Source: Epithemia pelagica
Taxonomy: Eukaryota; Protista; Bacillariophyta
Reading direction: 5' to 3'
NCBI GenBank assembly: GCA_946965045.2
Contig: OX337240.1
Coordinates: 2,728,001-2,792,000, forward strand
Length of the DNA stretch: 64,000 nt
The notes under the pieces were generated by a model, which was given only the letters and a program-made list of their open reading frames with translations, was not told where the DNA came from and ran no database searches. Numbering within the stretch: the stretch's first letter is position 1; each line of letters begins with the position of its first letter. The position numbers and the translations under genes were made by a program. This document shows positions 1 through 10,663 of the stretch, piece by piece.

Positions 1-419
1 AGGTCATAATTGGAGATTTATACATAGATCAACTCGTCTTTGAATCCTCTCTTTCAATTTGCTCTGTATATGCCTCGCCAAATTAATATATTCATTTCAA
101 AATATTGGACTAAAGTATGGCGAGCAAAATTTACGTATTCAAAACCCTAATGTGGGATGTGCTACGAGATACGTAGAAAAGGTACTGCAGTCGCGCACGT
201 GAATGACACTAGGGGTACATCGCGCGCATACCGCGCAAAACTTTAAGGCTTGATTTTTCGAGAAGTGGATTTTTCAAATATCCCGACCCACAATAGAATC
301 AGTCTTAATTATTATCTATGCCGACATAAAGACTACTAAGTACATGTACTGGGAGCTGGGAGTACGAGTGGAAAAAATAAAAAATAATATGGTGTTATTG
401 ATATCCGGTTAACACGGGG

Positions 420-514
420 TTATCCTGGGATAAGGGACCCCTTCCCGCAGTCAATCACGTAGGATACGCGCCGAATTATCCCAGTCCAGAATTGCGAAGC
501 CGAGAAAATTATCC
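420..514. repeat. Left-end TTATCC motif cluster (candidate recombinase binding sites)
   Basis: TTATCC-TG-GGATAA palindrome at 420-433; TTATCC again at 476-481 and 509-514. Confidence 0.45.
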
Positions 515-715
515 GAGTATGGTCGTTTTTAACGTTTTTCCGTTTGATTTTCGCGCATGGCCAACCACAGTCCACATTACAATGCCTGATACCCTTTGGG
601 TATACCGTTATCATTAACCAGTGATGTACTTTGTCAGCGACACTCCTTGCTAGTACATGAGTAGAACAATATGACCGTACAGTAAACTACTATCACAGTC
701 GCACTATCACAGTTT

Positions 716-1087
716 CTATGTTGTTGGTGTTAATTTGTTTGTTTTACGTTGTTTGTTTGTTGTCTTTTGGTATCTTGTGCCTTTTGTTGTTTGGCATGAT
801 GGCTGAAACTGGAGCTTGCGCCTTGCGCTTTTAAGATATGCCTTTGTAGCCTTCCTTGCCTGTCGTCTTGTTATCTCCTTCACTTCTGTAGTGCTCCCAT
901 TCCTTTTCCCTTCCGTAGCTGTTTTAGGATTGCTTTCTTGTTGCTTTTTGTTTCCTGGCAAACTTTTTAGTACTTGATTTGACATTGCCTCAACAAAGAT
1001 CCGATCACATTCCAAGCAATTCCGATCAATACAATCTCCACACCACAGAAAATCCTTCCCCCCTGTGTTGTCCATTGTTGTTTCCAT
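716..1087 (-). CDS. Small hypothetical protein, CxxC-x4-CxxC N-terminus, basic C-terminus
   Basis: 123-aa ATG ORF containing WCGDCIDRNCLECD and a K/R-rich tail, inside the YR block. Confidence 0.4.
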   Translation of the reverse strand: METTMDNTGGKDFLWCGDCIDRNCLECDRIFVEAMSNQVLKSLPGNKKQQESNPKTATEGKRNGSTTEVKEITRRQARKATKAYLKSARRKLQFQPSCQTTKGTRYQKTTNKQRKTNKLTPTT

Positions 1088-1365
1088 GCCTTTTCGTGCT
1101 TTCCCCTTTGGTCATTGATTTCGACAACCGTGCCTTTACTCGGAAACACACATGACCATACAGGCGTCTCCCAGACGTTAAACAGTAGTTAGGGTTGCTA
1201 GGTAGGTAACGCGACCGGACATACAAATACTGGTGGTCGCCGAGCATGGCAACTTGTTGACTACAAATACTTAGACGCGCTGTTATGTTAAGGACTCCAC
1301 GCGCTCTATATAACGGTTGGAATCAATATGACAAACTCAGACCTAAATGAGGAACGAACGATTTG

Positions 1366-1827
1366 ATGGTTCATAGGATTTCGTTCATCATGGCTTCTAT
1401 CAGCGACGACAACTCTATTTCTACGTTTGACGAAATCCTACAGATGAAGATGGAGGAGGACAGTGAGCCGACTCTAGACAACTCCGTAAAAGAAACCGCG
1501 AACAAGGGGCCTAAGGACAAACATGAAGGGACCGAACCAGACCCTGATGATTTTTGGATGGACGAAGAATCCTCTGTGGAGCTTTCTTTTCTCAAGGATC
1601 AACCTGATCCTTCTCCTAAGAAAGGTGACCCTGACTTTATTGACCCAGATGATGTGGATTATGGGCACCCAAATGACAAAATCACCGCCCTCATGCTCCT
1701 TTCCAATGGTGGAGCCATTTTACACTATGGGTCGTCTCGTCGTGTGTACCGTCCGCCGCATGAGGAACGCAACGAAAACCAAATGTCCCAGACGAAGATT
1801 GATTCTTTTTTCCCCTCGAAGAAGTAA
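1366..1827 (+). CDS. Acidic hypothetical protein
   Basis: About 153-aa D/E-rich ORF (first ATG 1366) followed by an AT-rich 3' spacer. Confidence 0.5.
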   Translation: MVHRISFIMASISDDNSISTFDEILQMKMEEDSEPTLDNSVKETANKGPKDKHEGTEPDPDDFWMDEESSVELSFLKDQPDPSPKKGDPDFIDPDDVDYGHPNDKITALMLLSNGGAILHYGSSRRVYRPPHEERNENQMSQTKIDSFFPSKK

Positions 1828-1892
1828 ATTTTCCTATAAATTCCGATATTAAGTAATAATTTTTCCATTATTTTAGTTTTTTTCTGAAATTT

Positions 1893-2594
1893 TTAATATT
1901 TGCGTTTGTGATTGCGTACATTTCGGTTATTTTGCGATTCTCCACGTTTGATATTATCAAAACTATCTCGTTCCACAGGACCCTCTAGACGAGATGCCCA
2001 GTTCACCAGTGGGAGCGCGAAGTAAAAATCTCTTGGATGAACTGTGCTTGGATCTTGATGAGGAATAGTACTCAAATGGTGATACGACAGGCTGATTCCT
2101 GGTTTCAGCTTAGTAGTCATGTCTTCGGAATTCTCTGGCTTTCTAACTTCCGTCAATTTCCTGTTCTCATCGAAAACAAACACTTCCGGTAATACCGTTT
2201 TAATTCGCAGAACGGGATTGCCACTTAAATACAAAACCCTAGAACAGATGGTCTGATACATGACACTTCCGGAACCTGATGAGTTCATCCGGAAAAAATC
2301 CAATGACTTAATATGCGTGCCATCTGGAATCAGTCCGTGGAAACGTGCTTCACTGACAAATGTGTTTGGCGCTCCTGCTTCCAACGTGAATGTCTTCGGA
2401 GTGACATCTTCCCCCATGATATTTAGAATATCACTTACAAAACTTCTCACATGATTTTTGTCTGGAACGTCATCATCGTTGAATGTACAGAATATCTTGA
2501 TACGATCGTTCCAATCATAGCGACGGTCGTTCATTGGTTCCTTGTTATAATCGCGGCCTTCTGCCTGTGGCCAGATTTCGCGTTCTTGGTTCAT
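1893..2594 (-). CDS. Hypothetical cargo protein A (paralogue of 2792-3751)
   Basis: 233-aa ATG ORF. Shares the G-x(0,1)-IP[DN]GxH-x3-LD and LYxxGxxVLR-x5-P motifs with its neighbour. Confidence 0.65.
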   Translation of the reverse strand: MNQEREIWPQAEGRDYNKEPMNDRRYDWNDRIKIFCTFNDDDVPDKNHVRSFVSDILNIMGEDVTPKTFTLEAGAPNTFVSEARFHGLIPDGTHIKSLDFFRMNSSGSGSVMYQTICSRVLYLSGNPVLRIKTVLPEVFVFDENRKLTEVRKPENSEDMTTKLKPGISLSYHHLSTIPHQDPSTVHPRDFYFALPLVNWASRLEGPVERDSFDNIKRGESQNNRNVRNHKRKY

Positions 2595-2791
2595 GTTTGT
2601 GCCGATTATGAGAAATTCTACTCATGTCCATTTTTTCAAACTCGTTCTAAAACTAGGTACCACATAATTATTTAAGTCTTACAAAGACATCGCTAAATTT
2701 GGTCTACAATAATTGGTTTGATTTGATCGGTAATATTGTAGAAGGGAAACAAATTTGTCCTGACATGGCTGTCTGATATATTCCAATAACA

Positions 2792-3751
2792 TCAAGGATG
2801 GGGGTAGTAGGTGAACACAGAATTGTTCGGGCACAACATACCAACAGCGATCTGGCAGGGCACAACAATTTGAGTCGGGTCATTTGGTGATTCAATTAGG
2901 CGTGTTCCAAAATGAATGAATCCTGATACAGTCGCCGTTTCCATGATATGAATTTTAGGTTCCGACATCACAACACGGAGAACCGCGACTCCAGCTGCGT
3001 AGAGTAAGAACGTTTGGACGACCTGACAACTGAATACTCGACGGGGAAAGTCGGGGTGGCGGATGTAATACACATCCAAGCGTACCAAATGCATTCCATT
3101 CGGAATTCCTGTCGCGAAATCTTCGTATTCCGTTACAGATCGGGAGTGCAGGGAGAGGATGTCACCGGGTAAATCCAACCGACGTAAAAAACAATTGATG
3201 AATTTGCGTCCTTCTCCAGTGCTCTTGGGTAAATGTTGAATCCCGTGAAACTTGAAGAATCTCTTAAAAATACCCGGACCAAGATTCGAACCATAGTGCA
3301 ACACTGGCAAATCCACCGGCAAGGGGAAGAAGAGTCGGTGACTGTTTGCATAAGTAGTGTTAGAGCGTAGGGGCTGGGGTGTTAGAGCAGTGGTGTTAGA
3401 CAAGCCCGTGGCCGGTTCTGGCACGGGCAGGGAGATGTCTGTTCCAGTGTTACCAGTCGTGCTTTCCATGTCTGCCTCTCGCACTTTGCGTTTGCGATCC
3501 GGTGGATTTGCGGACGATCCCATTTTCTCGTCGGTTTCGTTTTTGTCGACATCCTCACCAGTTTTGGGTCCATTGTCGTTGTTTTTGTCGGTTTCCTCCT
3601 TCGTTGTCTTAGATTCGTCCATCTTAATTGTCGTAGTCTTGTTGTCCTCACCAATTCCTTTGTCACTATCGTCGGACGATTCCCCTAGGAGAACGATTAC
3701 TGAATCGGCAGGGACCTGTTTTTTCTTAGGAGAGTTGTTATCCTGTTCCAT
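2792..3751 (-). CDS. Hypothetical cargo protein B (disordered N-half, paralogous C-domain)
   Basis: 319-aa ATG ORF with a charged low-complexity N-half and a globular-looking C-half aligning by eye to 1893-2594. Confidence 0.65.
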   Translation of the reverse strand: MEQDNNSPKKKQVPADSVIVLLGESSDDSDKGIGEDNKTTTIKMDESKTTKEETDKNNDNGPKTGEDVDKNETDEKMGSSANPPDRKRKVREADMESTTGNTGTDISLPVPEPATGLSNTTALTPQPLRSNTTYANSHRLFFPLPVDLPVLHYGSNLGPGIFKRFFKFHGIQHLPKSTGEGRKFINCFLRRLDLPGDILSLHSRSVTEYEDFATGIPNGMHLVRLDVYYIRHPDFPRRVFSCQVVQTFLLYAAGVAVLRVVMSEPKIHIMETATVSGFIHFGTRLIESPNDPTQIVVPCQIAVGMLCPNNSVFTYYPHP

Positions 3752-3979
3752 TATTTTTTTATGACTCTATGCACTAGCTGTGTTGTCTGCTTGATTCACC
3801 GTGGAGACTGAGGAGTGTTCATTGACTCCGAGGCACCACCTACTGCCTTGGCAATCGTTGGATTGGCGGTCTACGGTCTCATTGGGTTGCATTGAAATCC
3901 GGTGCATTGGCTTGTCTGTTAGTCCATTACTTGGTTTGGAACCAAGAGCAAAAGATTTTTCCCAGAGTGTGCGTCAACA

Positions 3980-4561
3980 ATGTCGGAATCGTCGCCACGG
4001 AGTTTCGTTGATTCTCCTCGTTTGACACGTTGGGGATTGGGAGATATTGTGGCGGTAAAGTCTGCGTGGTCTACTCGTAAGGATCACTGTGGGTGGGTGA
4101 CGAAACTTCCCGATCCCGAGAAGCGAAAAGCGCGGGTCACAGTTCAGTTCGCCGATGGTCAGAAAATTTCCTACAGCCCCCAAAATCTTCGAGTCCCGCG
4201 AAAGTTGGATGAAGCTCGTTTAAGTATAGAACAGAACCCGCACTATATCGTGTTCTGTAACCAGTACATTATCAAGAAAAAAAAGAATGAAGCCAATGTC
4301 GTGGACACTGGACCGACTACTCGACATCGGAGAGAGGGAATCTCCGTGAATGTGCCGGAAGAAGTGTTCTCAGAAGGAGGGGTGCGTCACGGGACGGGGG
4401 TAGACACCCCAGATGGTATTGGATCTTCTGGTTATGTATCGAAGCGCATGGAAATAATGTTGGAAACGCTGGTGCAGCAGATGGAAGGCTTGACGGTTCG
4501 GCTAGAGAACATGGAAGAGCGAATCAGGGGTCTCGAAGAGGAAGCTATGTCCGAAAACTAA
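3980..4561 (+). CDS. Tudor/KOW-like barrel plus C-terminal coiled-coil protein
   Basis: LGDIVAVKSAW...GWVTKL...RVTVQFADGQKISYSPQNLR resembles an SH3-like barrel. Heptad pattern in LETLVQQMEGLTVRLENMEERIRGLEEE. Convergent with the YR gene. Confidence 0.6.
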   Translation: MSESSPRSFVDSPRLTRWGLGDIVAVKSAWSTRKDHCGWVTKLPDPEKRKARVTVQFADGQKISYSPQNLRVPRKLDEARLSIEQNPHYIVFCNQYIIKKKKNEANVVDTGPTTRHRREGISVNVPEEVFSEGGVRHGTGVDTPDGIGSSGYVSKRMEIMLETLVQQMEGLTVRLENMEERIRGLEEEAMSEN

Positions 4562-4666
4562 AGTACTACTGATTGGAATAGCTCTAGGTATAGAGACTAA
4601 CATATAACTAAGATTAATACTTTTCCCACCACCACCCGCTTTTTGAAAGGCGACATCCTTTGATAG

Positions 4667-7600
4667 TTAGTTCTCTGAACGCTTGCGTTTCCCTTTCTTA
4701 CAAATTTCACCGTTGCTCTGTAAAAAACGAAGTGTCCCCGCAACGCCTTTGGACTTCACCAATTCGTCCCATGCAGTACACTGATTTTCCACTGCGTTGT
4801 TCCACATACCGACATCAACTCCTGCTTTAGCTGCCACTCCTCTCAACAGTGCATGGACGCGAGAAAAAAAATTCTTGTCTGCTGCTGAATATCCTGTGCG
4901 CCACTTAGACTTGTATTTCTGTTCCAATCCAAAAAAACCACCGGTTATAGGAACCCCTTCGTAGATATCCAGACCAAAAAACTCCTTGTAGATATCGGAC
5001 AGACTGAGCATCCTGTTGTTGCCAATGAAACGACAGGACAAAATTTTGTTAGAGACCAAAATAAACTCGTCTTCTTCTTCATTGTTGTTGTCGTCCTGAT
5101 CGTTGTCGTCAGGGTTTGTTCTGTTCGTGGGACTTGTTGTTGCGTCTGTTTCCTGTGGTGAGTACATCTCCGTCATCAAAGCGGGTGGACTGTCGTTGGG
5201 TGTCGCAACATTGGGACTCGTAGATTGGCCAAAAGGAGAAACTGTTGTGTACTCGTTGTTTGTCGTTGAGGTGTTTGTTGTGTTGTTGATGACAAATTCC
5301 TCCATTTCCGTAGCGCGTTCACTGACACCGCGAGAAAAAAAAGAACCAAGTGTCGATGTTAGCTGGATCTGGCGTCGTTTCGCATTCTCTGTCAATCGAA
5401 GCTCTAGTTGATGGAAGTTCTCCGCCGACGAGAGAACACCGTCCTGGATTTGACTGTGTACGTCTTCCATTGACCGTTCCAGCTTGATCACTCCGTCTGA
5501 CACTTGGTCAAAGCGTCGGTTGATACCAGGTAGGAAACGGTCGAGCAAAGCAACACTGGGTTCGTTGTTGACATCGTTGACTTTTTGGAGATGAAGACGC
5601 ATGGTTTCCGTGAACTCGGAAAACGAAGCAGCAGAAAAGAGAGGAAAACGAGAAAAAAGATCGTGAGAAAGTCTTTTTTCAGCACGACTGTCATTCGATG
5701 ATTGTAAAAGAACAATCATCGCAGCCATGTCTTGTAGGAAAACTTTGCGTAGAAACTTGAGCATACGTAGAAATTCAATCGCTGTGGGGTGTTCTGCACG
5801 ACGGAGATCATCTTCGTCTTCCTGATTGCCTTCGTCGTCCACGTAGCCTAAAACAAAATCCTCTGCGCTATCAATCCAGGGCCAAACAAGACTTTCCACC
5901 TCCTCAGGAATTGTCACATTGCCCCGAGGAAGCCAATAACCATCTGCAACCTCAAAGCCGGCCATGCAGCGAATGGCTGAAATCGGTACTTTCGCACTGT
6001 ACCGAGATTCTTGAGTGTCGCGTTCCCAGTTCCCTAGTGTAGTAAAATATAACAGGAAGAGTGAGAGTACGATTGCTGTAAGGGATTGAACAAGAAAAAC
6101 AAAAATAGAGGTCGTACCGAGTTGTTTGACAAAATCTGGAGAGAGTTCTTTGAACTCGCAGTGAGACGGCGCCGTGTGACGACACCAGTGCGTCACATGG
6201 TCTGATACTATACCGAGCTTTTTGAAGACTTTGGAGAGTTCGCGACGGAAGCATTGTTGGTCCATCTGACGACAATCGTCGGACCCAAGTTCGACCAACA
6301 ACTTAATGTCGAACCATGAAGAGTTGTCGCGGAGATCTGGAAAATTGTGTCCAGGGATGAACTCGGTGTTGGCTTGGAAACGGTAGACAAGGTACGTCGC
6401 TAAAGCACCAATCGGGCAGGTGAAAACATCACGGTGACGGGTAGCGCGCGCGAATTGCGAAGGGGAATCCGCTTGCACAGTTTTCCCAGTGAAAAACTGC
6501 ATAAGCATGATATCCATTGAGTCATGGTCCTGCTTGCATTTAATAGGGAACACGCGTAGGTCAGAAAGTTCCGCCATGTGCAAGCTCTCGCTCCGAAGAA
6601 TGGAGGCATAATTCATTAGGAACGAAAAGCGATTGCGCAATGATGTGAAGGTACTGCGAACAACATTTTCTCCACAACCGGCGAGCCAAAAAACTTCTTC
6701 GATCTTGCCTACTAATTTGGTGTGCTCGAAAGGAGAGCATTCCTTCACTTTTTCCCTATAATTCTTCTTAGCCACACGGGCTGATCGACCCTGGGGAGTA
6801 ATTCACTGGTTAGATTTGTATTGCCAAATTCGTTTCAAATTTGTTGTACTTACCTGTACAATTTTCAAAAGATTTTTAACGCTACGCGTGCAGATCTGGG
6901 TGTCCCAGTGAAGCGAGTTGCTTCCATTACCTTCTTCGGCCTGGTAATCATACAATTTGCGAACCGCCGATCGGTAGGTGGATACTGAAGAAAAACCAAG
7001 CGGGTTTCTTGGTTCCAAGGCTTCCAAAATTTCTGTTTCATGGCCAATAATTGTACCATCGTTGTCATCAAGAATTGCTAGGTATTTTTCTCCCAAGCGG
7101 TCGTAGTCCAATTCGTCAAATACTCCCGGGTGTTTGTGACTGGTTTTTTGGTCGCGAAACACTTGATAAAACATGAATTGATAAAGCTTTTCTCCCGTCA
7201 CGGTGTAGCGCGTACATTCCGGTTGAAAGTAGTAGATTGAAGCACAAAATCCTCGAAACTCTAAAATTCGATACTTATAGGCGTCGCGTGTATTCTTTCG
7301 CATAAGCGTATCCATTATCTGGTGGGTCACAGCTCGCATCTCTGTCACACTCATGCGCATGCGGGGCTGGGGAAGCTCTGTGGTACCACGGGCTATCGAA
7401 TATAACGACTGGGATTGCGTACGGCGAGAATTGGATGGGGGGGTGTTGTTGTTGACCGTAACCTCGTCCTCGTTCGGGTTGTTTGGGTTGCTTGGGTTGC
7501 GCGAGTTTGGGGTGGATTGAGCTGCAGTGGTTGTGTTGTTGGTGTTGGTTGTAGGGGTTAAGGCAGATATGTCAGGAAATAGAATACGACGACTATTAGC

Positions 7601-7744
7601 CTCAGGAGTATTCTCAGTCCTTGCCGTAGTAGGTCGGTTCCCATTGAGGGCATCTCCATCATTGTCATTGCGTCCTCTGGAGCGACGAGAAGACGACGAC
7701 GATCTACGAAGGGGAGATGGGTTGGCTCGACTCGTTCGCGGCAT
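4667..7744 (-). CDS. Crypton tyrosine recombinase (NDC10-II-like YR domain + C-terminal GCR1_C), 3 predicted exons: 7744-6854, 6790-6118, 6033-4667
   Basis: Catalytic-type motifs ILRSE (R), TGKT (K), THWCRH (HxxR), LGNW (W) and SRYS (Y), plus RHRDVFTCPIGALATYLVYRF. GCR1_C-like KEFFGL...LEQKYKSKWR...FFSRV. Introns GTAAGT...CCCCAG (6853-6791, 63 nt) and GTACGA...ACTAG (6117-6034, 84 nt) restore a continuous frame. Confidence 0.9.
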
Positions 7745-8040
7745 GTCAAAAGTAACGAAAATAACAGATCTGTATTAATGAAATGAGACCACCTCCTGCT
7801 ACGTTAGGATTTAAAGATCGTAAAGAGAGTCATTCCATTGCATCATTGGATGTTGTTTGTGGTTTTCCAAGAATGACTCAAACGCATTGCCAGTAATTCG
7901 TCTTTGGCCGTGCTTGCGATAGGTATGGGGCAAGTTTGATAGACAGGCGTGGTATTCGAGAATGACCATCCCTATGTATGGAGCGACGGACAGAAGGAAA
8001 ATGAACCTTATCCCACTACAAATAAGACGCTTTATGGCTA

Positions 8041-8213
8041 GGATAATCACCGTTATTGGTTACGAGATAAGCAGTGGCAGGATAAAAATGATGGTTTGTG
8101 CGACTCAAATGAGGATAAAATTACTAAAATTCTTATCCTGGGTACGAATAATACTCTTTAATATATAGAGGTTGGACCTGCACCGCGGTGCTACGGATCG
8201 GATCCGCGGATAA
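8041..8213. repeat. Right-end GGATAA motif cluster
   Basis: GGATAA at 8041, 8080, 8113 and 8208; TTATCCTGGG at 8133-8142. Confidence 0.45.
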
Positions 8214-9159
8214 TATACTCATACATCATACTATGATACGCGTATTGTGTGACGATTTCGAGCCAGGCGGCATAACTTCGAAGGTTCAATCTTCACTCAA
8301 ATTGAACATGGAACAAAAATATCCAAAATGCCCTTTCTCGTTTGACTGTGTATACATCAAGCATGGTCACTGGTTGGCAACTTGCAGTTTTTTGTTTCCA
8401 ACTCTGTCACTGTTCATCAAAGACGCCCCATGTCGCGACAAACAAGGAATTATTTGCTGTCAATGGAGAGAATATTGATTGATTGCCTTGAATCTGTCGC
8501 CATGCCAAGACGGGAAGAAAACTGCTTGATGGTTCATCGCTGACATGACATGACCGGCCAACAACACAGATAAACTTGTGGTTCCGATGCCAGGCGTTTA
8601 ACGGAATCCATCATGGGACGCTTGCTATTGCGCAAACCTTATAGAGGTGCGCAAGACAATAGCTTTGTAGGTGAACGAGAAAGCAGTTTCGTCAAGGACA
8701 TGAATCAAGGCGTCGGAAGTATGGCTTCGTTTCTCGTTATTGGATGCTTTTGATTTGTGGTTCTGCTTCATCTTTTCCATGAAACAACGACAGGGTCAGG
8801 TGGCTAAATGATTGAGCTTGTCACGTGAGGAAAATCGAATGAGATGGTGCACAAATGAATTGAGTCGGATTGGAAATCAAAATGAGATTCCCAGACTTGC
8901 CTTCATTCTGCAGCTTATTGCCTTTATGGTCGCGAAACGCTTTGTTTCACGATCCATAGTCATTATCCCATGTTCAATTTCGATCCTCAGGGACACCTAC
9001 CGTCCAGGTCAGCACCTGCTGTCACAGTCACATAAAAACAAAAGAATAACGAACACTCGCAGCTCTCAGGCATGAATTACCCCAACAAGTGTTGTGTTCT
9101 CGCTGGTGTCCCGTGAGCCAGCAGAGGTATGATACAATGTGAAAGTGGGACTACAGCTC

Positions 9160-10663
9160 TACTACTCACTCTCCATTGTTCACCATTGCTGCTTGACAAT
9201 GGTAGCCGTCAGAAGTCAGGAATGCAACGTAAGAGCAGCATCGGATTCTAGATGCTCAAAATCACTTGATTATCATAAGCGTCACGGGCTCTCTGGGAAT
9301 TGATTATTCATCGTTTTAGGCCAAACAAATTATTCTTTGGTCGATATATGAGCTGTTCTAGAGGGCTACTCATATGCATGTATATGCGTCGACTATGCGG
9401 CACTGTAGTGAGTGTGTTTCACCAACTGGATAGCACATCTTGTACTGATCAAAATGTAAATCGTCTTTTACCTGTTGAGACATTCTAGGAAACCAGCCAT
9501 TGTTGCTTTCTTCTAGATTGTCATGTTATCTACACTTCTGTTCATCCAGCTCACGCGTCGTCCTGCCTCAATATATGACCGAAAACGACTCTCGCACAAA
9601 TCCTTGTTGCATTGTTGAGAAATTTTCGTGGTTGCTAGACTATACTGGGTGGTTGCCTTTGGATCAGAATCCCAAGATAAGGTCACGAATCCTCTAGCCA
9701 TGAAACTATGTCGCATGGCTTTGGCTTTTCGCATAGCTATCAACTCTTCATAGGAGTACATAGCTCCCAATAGCCCACAACTAACTCTCCACTCGAACGA
9801 GTTGTCGACACAAAGATACGCTGTCTTGAAGCTCAAAATGTGGTAAAGAGACGTTGTCGTCAACAAAAAGACCAAGTGACAAGAGAACATCAATGGTTTT
9901 ATGGAAACCGCAGCGGATTGCAATGTTGAAAGTGGAAGGTACGTAGAAGCAAAATGAAGCCAGTGGCTTCTGGTCAAGTGTGGTTCGCTCTCTTATCAGC
10001 TGCCATGTATTCAACGTACTCAGGAATGCGTGGGGAAAAAGTGGAATCGCCACCGCTATTTCAGAGTAGACCATGTCCATTCCAGAGAGTATGTTGCTCG
10101 AAGGATCCGGATGTATTTGGAGTCTCTTGATCCGACCCTCTTTTTTCAAATGGATAGAATGGCATCGTCGAGGTTGATATTCGCACCAACAGATCAGTGT
10201 GCCATACATATGATCGGGTAGCATGCGGAGAAGACGACAAATCATGATTCGTGCTTCGAATCTGCGAGCCATTGCGCCCCCTTCATGGCTTGGTTCTGCC
10301 ATGCTCGGATGATGATATGCTCTCCGTTCACATGTTTGGAATTCACGATGGAGTACAAGGCCCCTTCCAGCTGGAGAAGCAGACAAGCAAGCAGTGATGA
10401 AGACAAGCGGAGCAAGTCATCGTCCGGGCATTGAATCTCCAAGCCATCGAGCATTTTTCCATGGCTTGCTTATTCCACGCGCGGATGATGATTTGCTCCT
10501 TTTGTTTCTCTCATCACCGACGATGGTTGAAAGGACAATGAGCAGAGATATTGCCTCCCTTGACACAGGCCGCCGACGGCAAATCATCGTTCGAGCATTG
10601 ACACTTCATGCCATCGAGTCGTCTTCCATGGCTTGTCTTTTCGACGCTAGGATGATGATTTGC
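9160..10663 (-). repeat. Decayed dispersed repeat, inverted homologue of 49100-51725; holds three ~85-nt palindrome copies
   Basis: 9160-9400 matches the reverse complement of about 51480-51720, 9500-9720 matches about 51080-51300, and 9880-10030 matches about 50710-50890. Palindromes at 10237, 10412 and 10579. Confidence 0.8.

Larger units (their letters stand above)
420..8142 (-). mobile_element. Crypton-like (tyrosine recombinase) DNA element with five cargo ORFs; boundaries tentative
   Basis: YR+GCR1_C gene at 4667-7744 within a compact block of short ORFs. Direct repeat TTATCCTGGG at 420-429 and 8133-8142. TTATCC clustered at the left end and GGATAA at the right end. Confidence 0.6.

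Noticed and set aside
420-8142. Starship, DIRS/Ngaro or endogenous virus
   Set aside because: The YR has NDC10-II/GCR1_C features of Cryptons; no RT, capsid, packaging ATPase or polymerase seen.
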